Of a stretch of 24,000 nucleotides of DNA, positions 1 to 5,792 are shown in pieces. Position 1 is the first letter of the stretch. Each line of letters begins with the position of its first letter. Position numbers and translations under genes: made by a program. This stretch comes from Acaryochloris marina S15 (lineage in GTDB: Bacteria; Cyanobacteriota; Cyanobacteriia; Thermosynechococcales; Thermosynechococcaceae): the NCBI RefSeq assembly GCF_018336915.1, contig NZ_CP064923.1, forward strand, positions 5,305,551-5,329,550. Direction: 5' to 3'. The notes below the pieces were generated by a model. It ran no database searches. It worked only from the letters and a program-made list of their open reading frames with translations, and was not told where the DNA came from.

Positions 1-83
1 CACTCCCTTGGTTTAGGGAAAGAATATGAAACAATAGAGGCTAATCACTCATGAGCCAATAGAAGGTTACGGTTGCTGATTCC

Positions 84-404
84 ATGTCACAGACTTATTC
101 CGTAGAGATTCACCATCAAGACGCCGTCCATACGGTGAGCGTCCCTGAAGACACTACAATTTTGCAAGCTGCTCAGGATGCTGGAGTTGATTTACCCAGT
201 TCTTGCTGTGCTGGCGTATGTACCACTTGTGCTTCTCTGATCTTGGAAGGTGAAGTAGAACAAGAAGATGCAATGGGCTTAGGGCCCGATTTATTGGATC
301 AGGGATATGCACTATTGTGTGTTTCCTACCCACGGTCCGATATCAAGCTTGAATCTAACAAAGAAGAACTGGTATACAAATTGCAGTTTGGGCAAGCTCA
401 GTAA
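84..404 (+). CDS. plant-type [2Fe-2S] ferredoxin (variant paralogue)
   Basis: 106-aa ORF. It has the C-x4-C-x2-C cluster motif (SSCCAGVCTTCAS) and a distal Cys in LLCVSYP. Length and acidic composition are typical of plant-type ferredoxins. Confidence 0.9.
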   Translation: MSQTYSVEIHHQDAVHTVSVPEDTTILQAAQDAGVDLPSSCCAGVCTTCASLILEGEVEQEDAMGLGPDLLDQGYALLCVSYPRSDIKLESNKEELVYKLQFGQAQ

Positions 405-445
405 ATGGGTCCGCTGCACTACCATCAACATTGGAGATAAACATC

Positions 446-634
446 ATGACCACTCATTTTATTGAAGCTGAAATTGAGCTAGATGCTTCAACCACAGAGT
501 TGCAAGCCAATATTGAAGCCAAGCTCCGTGAACAAGGTGAGCCTCTACGTTGGGCCGTCACAGAGGTCCAGTCTGAGACTGCTACCGTTGAAGCGGTGGT
601 TCTAAAGTCAGAGGAAACCGTCTCATCTCGCTAG
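446..634 (+). CDS. small acidic hypothetical protein (62 aa from ATG 446; the ORF track starts at TTG 431)
   Basis: Open frame with GGAG at 433-436, 9 nt upstream of ATG 446. It lies between ferredoxin and the DUF3326-like gene on the same strand. I recognise no motif. Confidence 0.45.
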   Translation: MTTHFIEAEIELDASTTELQANIEAKLREQGEPLRWAVTEVQSETATVEAVVLKSEETVSSR

Positions 635-660
635 CCTCTCGACCTTTTACCGTTGTCTTA

Positions 661-1689
661 TTGGTACCAACAGGCATTGGAGCAGCGATCGGTGGTTATG
701 CAGGGGATGCCATTCCGGTCGCTCGGACCTTGTCAGTGGTTTGCGATCGCATCATCACTCATCCCAATGTTCTCAATGGGGCCCAACTCTACTGGCCCAT
801 CCCTAATACCTGGTATGTAGAAGGCTATGGGTTAGATCAGTTTGCTGCCGGACGGTGGGGGCTACGACCTGTCCACCAAAACCGCATTGGCGTCGTTCTA
901 GACCAAGCCATCGAACCTGATTTGCACCTGCGTCATTTGCAGGCTATTGATGCTGCCCGCGCTACTTTAGGAGTGAGCATCACGGATGTCTGTATCACTG
1001 ATACGCCTTTAGGGGTAACTCTTAAAACCGCTGATTCTGGTGCTACCTGGGGCACCCTGGATCATCCAGACAGTTTGCTAAGAGCCGTTGAACACCTGAT
1101 TACTGACCGTAACGCTAGTGCGATCGCAGTCGTCGCTCGGTTCCCAGATGACTTAGACAGCGATGCACTTCAAGCCTATCGTCAAGGTCAAGGGGTTGAT
1201 GCTTTAGCCGGAGCTGAGGCTGTCATTAGCCATCTGGTCGTCCAACAGTTTCAAATTCCCTGCGCCCATGCCCCTGCCCTCTCCCCCTTACCCCTAGATC
1301 CGCACTTGAATCCCCGGGCAGCCGCCGAAGAATTAGGCTATACCTTTCTCCCTTCCGTTTTAGTTGGGTTATCGCAAGCCCCTCAATTTATTAGTGACTC
1401 CGGCCAGCCCACGGATCTCTGGCAGGATCAAGTTGATGCAGTTGTTGTCCCGGCCAGTGCCTGCGGTAGCGGTGCCATTCTGAGTTTGAATCCAACCCAA
1501 GCTCACATCATTACGGTGGCTGAAAATACCACCACCATGAATGCAACGACTCAGAGCTTGGGCATTGACAGTATCCCTGTGCAGTCCTATGCCGCAGCCG
1601 TGGGCGTACTTGCAGCCCTTAAAGCAGGGGTTGATGAAAAAACATTACGTCCAGCTATTCCCCCCCTCGTCCCTCATAACCTGCTTTAA
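661..1689 (+). CDS. DUF3326-like conserved cyanobacterial/plastid-lineage protein of unknown function
   Basis: 342-aa ORF. The N-terminal PTGIGAAIGGYAGDA motif is recalled as typical of DUF3326. The start is uncertain: TTG 661 is the only canonical-type start in the open frame. Confidence 0.6.
   Translation: MVPTGIGAAIGGYAGDAIPVARTLSVVCDRIITHPNVLNGAQLYWPIPNTWYVEGYGLDQFAAGRWGLRPVHQNRIGVVLDQAIEPDLHLRHLQAIDAARATLGVSITDVCITDTPLGVTLKTADSGATWGTLDHPDSLLRAVEHLITDRNASAIAVVARFPDDLDSDALQAYRQGQGVDALAGAEAVISHLVVQQFQIPCAHAPALSPLPLDPHLNPRAAAEELGYTFLPSVLVGLSQAPQFISDSGQPTDLWQDQVDAVVVPASACGSGAILSLNPTQAHIITVAENTTTMNATTQSLGIDSIPVQSYAAAVGVLAALKAGVDEKTLRPAIPPLVPHNLL
743..750. repeat. HIP1 octamer GCGATCGC
   Basis: Exact match read in the sequence. 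Confidence 0.95.
1120..1127. repeat. HIP1 octamer GCGATCGC
   Basis: Exact match read in the sequence. Confidence 0.95.
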
Positions 1690-1768
1690 TCTGCGGCTCT
1701 ACCTGCGCTATGCGGCCTTTCGCAATAACTGATAGGTTATAGAGGTATTTGAAACTTTTGATATCTTT

Positions 1769-2374
1769 GTGGTTGATCGCCCTAATCAGCAGCCTGAACT
1801 AGAGTCCCTGACTCGCACACAAGTCTTGATTGCCATGGGAGTGACAGCATTACTGTTACTATTTTTGGCTAAGGTTATCCAATATTTTGGGTCATTTGCC
1901 ACCTTACCCATGACTTGGCAACTGCAAAATGCTGTTTTGGGTATCGGCATTGGCTTAGGGATTACAGCTGCTAGTGCTGTTATTTATCAGCTATGGCCCC
2001 AGTATCGGTTATCTGCATCCTTATATTTACAGCTTGTCATTCAGCCCCTCGTCTGGACAGACTTAATCTGGTTAGGGCTGTTACCGGGCCTGAGTGAAGA
2101 ATTACTATTTCGAGGTGTAATCTTCCCGTGGGTAGGCCTGAACTGGGTGGGTCTCATCTTATCTAGCATCGTTTTTGGGGTACTGCATCTCAATAGTCCC
2201 CAACAATGGTCCTATGTGGTTTGGGTCACCGTCGTTGGCTTTGTCCTCGGTTATAGCGCTTGGAGTACAGGCAATTTGCTGGTGCCCGTTATTGCCCATC
2301 TCACCACCAATATCATCACGGGAGTGTCGTGGAAAATCACGCACCCTCCCCAGCATCCCTTGGGGAAGACCTAG
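1769..2374 (+). CDS. CPBP family intramembrane glutamic endopeptidase (CAAX protease-like)
   Basis: Multi-pass hydrophobic 201-aa ORF with the three CPBP motifs: SEELLFRG (EExxxR), FGVLH (FxxxH) and HLTTN (HxxxN). The GTG start is uncertain. Confidence 0.85.
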   Translation: MVDRPNQQPELESLTRTQVLIAMGVTALLLLFLAKVIQYFGSFATLPMTWQLQNAVLGIGIGLGITAASAVIYQLWPQYRLSASLYLQLVIQPLVWTDLIWLGLLPGLSEELLFRGVIFPWVGLNWVGLILSSIVFGVLHLNSPQQWSYVVWVTVVGFVLGYSAWSTGNLLVPVIAHLTTNIITGVSWKITHPPQHPLGKT

Positions 2375-2375
2375 C

Positions 2376-3008
2376 CTAAGAAGAGAATAGAGATGTTTGT
2401 GACGACCCACTGAAGTAAATCTCTTGAATATCCTGGGGCAATGCGTTTTGCAGATCTTGATAGGCGTCTTGTCGATATTGGTTGATATCATCAGACGTGA
2501 TGTCTTGCCCTTCTGCCTGCAAAACTGCCTCAATCCGAGGGTCTTGCCAACGGAAGGTTTGGGACAAGACTAGAATCAGCCTAGGTAAGGGTGGCACATG
2601 ATCCAAAGCAATTTGGATATAGCACCATAGGGGTGGGGGAGCGGTTGACAAAGTGTATTGAATCGTTTCAACCGCCGGGAGCTGATCTTCCGTAATACAG
2701 GCAGCAACCTTATTGGTCATCCATGCCTGTAATGAAAAACTCGGTCCTCCTGTCTCCATCACCAAATGATTGAGTTCATAAAAGATATTGCGCCACACTC
2801 GGGCAAAAAGATAATCGACTTGTAGGTGGGATCTTGCCATATTGCGCAGGAGAGCATAAGACATCGCGCCAAACCGACAAAAAAGAGCGATAAAGTACTT
2901 GCCTTCATCAGGGTGTTGCTGAAACCCTTGCACTAGCTCTTGGTCACTGTAATTTTGCAACGACAGCACCAAGGGATGATTGGATTCTGGGAAGTCTGGC
3001 AGTTTCAT
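2376..3008 (-). CDS. hypothetical protein, divergent sigma-70/ECF-like
   Basis: 210-aa ORF with an ATG start. The N-terminus (YSDQELVQGFQQHPDEGKYFIALFCRFGAMSYALL) resembles ECF sigma region 2. The C-terminus (LPRLILVLSQTFRWQDPRIEAVLQAEGQDITSDDINQYRQDAYQDLQNAL) resembles region 4. Similarity was judged by eye only. Confidence 0.4.
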   Translation of the reverse strand: MKLPDFPESNHPLVLSLQNYSDQELVQGFQQHPDEGKYFIALFCRFGAMSYALLRNMARSHLQVDYLFARVWRNIFYELNHLVMETGGPSFSLQAWMTNKVAACITEDQLPAVETIQYTLSTAPPPLWCYIQIALDHVPPLPRLILVLSQTFRWQDPRIEAVLQAEGQDITSDDINQYRQDAYQDLQNALPQDIQEIYFSGSSQTSLFSS

Positions 3009-3201
3009 AACGGATATTCCATATCTCCTCAGCCTGGCGTGAGAAATTGATCTCGATATTGTAGAGGCTCAACTCATACCAAAGTGATTTTGATGGTGGT
3101 GGAAGTTGGCTCATTTATAAACTTCGACAAAAATATCACAATCTAGACCAGAGAACCCTGCTGTCATCAGTGAGATCTGTTATGATCAGTTTTGCTCACC
3201 C

Positions 3202-3290
3202 GGAGAGGTGGCTGAGTGGTCGAAAGCGGCAGATTGCTAATCTGTTGTACGGTGAATTCCGTACCGAGGGTTCGAATCCCTCCCTCTCCG
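3202..3290 (+). tRNA. tRNA-Ser (anticodon GCU)
   Basis: Manual cloverleaf. Acceptor GGAGAGG pairs with CCTCTCC, with discriminator G. The D-arm contains GCTGAGTGGTC. The anticodon loop is TTGCTAA. The long variable arm is GTACGGTGAATTCCGTAC. The T-arm is GAGGG-TTCGAAT-CCCTC. No CCA is encoded. Confidence 0.93.
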
Positions 3291-3322
3291 TTTTTTGCAG
3301 CTTTTTGTTGGAGTTAAGTTTC

Positions 3323-3559
3323 ATGGGCAAAAAATGCCAATTAACGGGAAAAAAAGCAAATAATGCTTTTGCTGTTTCCCATTCCCACCGCCGAACCCAC
3401 AAGTTGCAAGAAGCAAACTTGCAGTGGAAAAGAATCTGGTGGCCCCAAGAGAAACGCTGGGTCAAGCTCAGAATATCGACTAAAGCGATTAAGACCCTTG
3501 AGAAAAAAGGTCTCGCTACTTTCGCTCGCGAAGCTGGGATTAACCTTAACCAGGTATAG
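3323..3559 (+). CDS. rpmB: 50S ribosomal protein L28
   Basis: 78-aa product [40 protein letters not shown]... matches the L28 signature. GGAG lies 10 nt upstream of ATG 3323. The longer track ORF starting at 3170 runs through the tRNA and is spurious. Confidence 0.93.
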   Translation: MGKKCQLTGKKANNAFAVSHSHRRTHKLQEANLQWKRIWWPQEKRWVKLRISTKAIKTLEKKGLATFAREAGINLNQV

Positions 3560-3833
3560 CTCGCTGTAAGGTTGAGATTAGTCTTGATAGGTTTACGGTG
3601 CATAGAAGCCGTTAACACTGTTTTGTGAATCGCTACTGTTTTGAGCAGCGAACTGGGTTCACTACAATGTTTGCTTCAATTTTACGGGCAAGCACAAAAC
3701 TAGCAAATATCAACTACGGTTCGTACTCAGTAAAGTGCGATAGGATTTGTGTATCTAAAATCTCTAGCTGCCCAGATTGATAAGAGAAGGCCTCAAGAAT
3801 CACTATAAACCCACCCTGAATGCCTAAGCTTAC

Positions 3834-4901
3834 CTATTGGGCGGAAGAGGGGACCATCCAGATAGGCGGATTACCATCAGCAATCGCATAGGGTCCAGAG
3901 AAAAATGGATTGCGAATTCCCGGCAGGATCTGGACATCAAAAATTTCATCTACGCCGCTTTGAAACTCCAGCAGCCCTAATTGCTTACCAGCATTTAGAT
4001 CTACAACCGCCATTCCGCATTTAAGGTCATCGAAATGGTCACAGATGGGTAAATTGCCGAATGTGGCTGTCTCTCTCACTTTAGATAGTCCTACAAATGC
4101 AAACTGACCTGCTATAGCCAGCCCTCTAGGGTAGCCAGGTAGCTCTAGGACTGTCGAGCGCTCTCCAGAAGATAAATCAACCCGACAGAGTTCTCCACAA
4201 CCTGAGTTCAGGACCCATAACTGATCGTCCCTCACCCGAGGAGAGTGAGGCATGGCTAATCCTTGTGTCACCACTTTGCTGGTGGGCAACTCTAGGACGC
4301 AGCCATTCGTCGCTTTATGAGGCCGCCACCCCCCCGCCGTATTAGTACGATCAAGAACGGTGGCATATTTGGGATATCCGTTCACTAACGCCACCCCATT
4401 CAGGTGGCAACGATCCTCAGGGGCCAACTCCTGAACAAAGTCAGGTCGCCATTGGGGCACAAAGCTATAGTTATTGTCCAATGAGCATAAGCAAGAAAAC
4501 CGGGTATTGGTCACCACCAACTGCTCTGTGCCCCACGCCAATTCATGCACAGCAATTTCGCTGGTATAGTGAGCGCCTCGAGTTAAAAAACAAGCATCAT
4601 GTGTGTTGGGCTCACCGACAGAAGCCGCTAGTTCGGGCGCATTCTTCAGAAAATAGATCCAATCTTTACCTCCCACAGCGATCTGTTTGGAGCTGGCTGC
4701 GACTCCCATGGCTTGCTCAAAATTATGGAAAGAAATCTGAAGTGCCTGGTCATGAACGCCAACAACCACAAGTTTGCCAGCTTGATACGTAGATAGCAGA
4801 AGAGACGCATTCAATTGCATCAGTAATGGCACCAGATTATTAGAGTACTGATAACGTACTTCTCGTTCGGGAAAATTCTCTGAAGCTGTATTTTTTTGCA
4901 T
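3834..4901 (-). CDS. TIGR03032/DUF4915-like uncharacterised protein (beta-propeller-like by sequence pattern)
   Basis: 355-aa ORF with an ATG start. The motifs STYQAGKL, PEDRCHLNGVAL, GGWR and LWVLNSG are recalled as characteristic of the TIGR03032 family. Repeated short beta-strand-like segments are present. Confidence 0.6.
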   Translation of the reverse strand: MQKNTASENFPEREVRYQYSNNLVPLLMQLNASLLLSTYQAGKLVVVGVHDQALQISFHNFEQAMGVAASSKQIAVGGKDWIYFLKNAPELAASVGEPNTHDACFLTRGAHYTSEIAVHELAWGTEQLVVTNTRFSCLCSLDNNYSFVPQWRPDFVQELAPEDRCHLNGVALVNGYPKYATVLDRTNTAGGWRPHKATNGCVLELPTSKVVTQGLAMPHSPRVRDDQLWVLNSGCGELCRVDLSSGERSTVLELPGYPRGLAIAGQFAFVGLSKVRETATFGNLPICDHFDDLKCGMAVVDLNAGKQLGLLEFQSGVDEIFDVQILPGIRNPFFSGPYAIADGNPPIWMVPSSAQ

Positions 4902-5792
4902 AAAAGGTTATGACATCCCAAGAAATTTCAAGCCTGCTTTATGCCCAAAATTACAGCTGACTCTTTGCATGCCATTGAACACTGTTGCTACTATATCTAA
5001 TCAGTTGCGATATAAGTCTTGGGAACAAGTATTAGGATATTTATTTAATACTTAAAAAGTATCAGATAACTCTGGCAAGATAATAAAAAAAATTATTAAG
5101 ACTCTACAAATTCCATCAAAAATACCTACAAAAAAATATCACTTTGGTATATGATTTATACGGACATTAAATCTATTTTTTAAAAAAATAGGTTTAATCG
5201 ATATCTTAAAAATTTCAATAGATAGACTGTCCACAGCCTTTTTAGTGCAGTGTCTCAATTGAGTGCAATTAAAAAAACGTCGCACATTATCACCCTTCAT
5301 CTGTCAGGAGATCTCTGCAATACTTGAGCACTGTTTAACCTATATAAACGCAAATCCAAAGAAGCTTTGCCATAACCATATGGCTAGCTATACTTCTGCC
5401 TGAGTCTTTTCAGGTCCAGTCTAATTTTTTTGTGGACTGAAGAAATATATAAAGCATAATGCTATCGATTCGAGATATAGACATATATTCAGAGGATATA
5501 TACAATCTTCCTGAATAAAATCAGTTATAGGTCAAATAATTAGCTCAAATCAAAACACTTTAGATCGAAAAACTTACAAGTGCAGCCTAGACTTAGAAAT
5601 ACATGCTTACTTAAAAGAGCTTATTTTTTTGCTTGTTTTTAGCACTTAAATATCGAAGTACTTCATCTAGGTTAATCCAATTAACACTGGCATGCTTCAG
5701 CACTATTCATATATAAATAACTAACTTTTTTTATTCAATATCTTGCAATCTCTATTCACTTTTCTTGTTGGAAATAATGTGAGATTCTCAAA
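4902..5792. promoter_or_regulatory. long, very AT-rich, ORF-free divergent intergenic region
   Basis: About 890 bp with no ORF of 60 aa or more. Hand-counted 60-nt lines give about 18-30 % G+C. It lies between the 5' ends of the 3834-4901 (-) and 5793-8270 (+) genes and must hold both promoters. No specific -35/-10 elements were assigned. Confidence 0.6.

Noticed and set aside
1541-2533. ORFs 1541-1732 (+), 2159-2533 (-) and 2175-2390 (+).
   Set aside because: They overlap the DUF3326-like, CPBP protease and sigma-like CDSs in alternate frames. Their composition is typical of off-frame translation.
3158-3186. Candidate tRNA-Ser promoter (TATGAT at 3181-3186, with TGCTGT 17 bp upstream).
   Set aside because: The -10 is plausible but the -35 is poor, and similar hexamers are common in AT-rich spacers. 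It is not supportable without TSS data.
3170-3618. ORFs 3170-3559 (+, long N-terminal extension), 3196-3618 (-) and 3363-3569 (+) around tRNA-Ser and rpmB.
   Set aside because: The extension reads through the tRNA-Ser gene. The real L28 start is ATG 3323, which has an SD. The other two ORFs overlap the tRNA or rpmB and have no recognisable features.
4481-4792. A 103-aa ORF antisense to the TIGR03032-like gene, and ORFs 11075-11344 / 11112-11318 (+) antisense to the GT2 gene.
   Set aside because: They are embedded in longer, motif-bearing CDSs on the opposite strand. There is no independent support.
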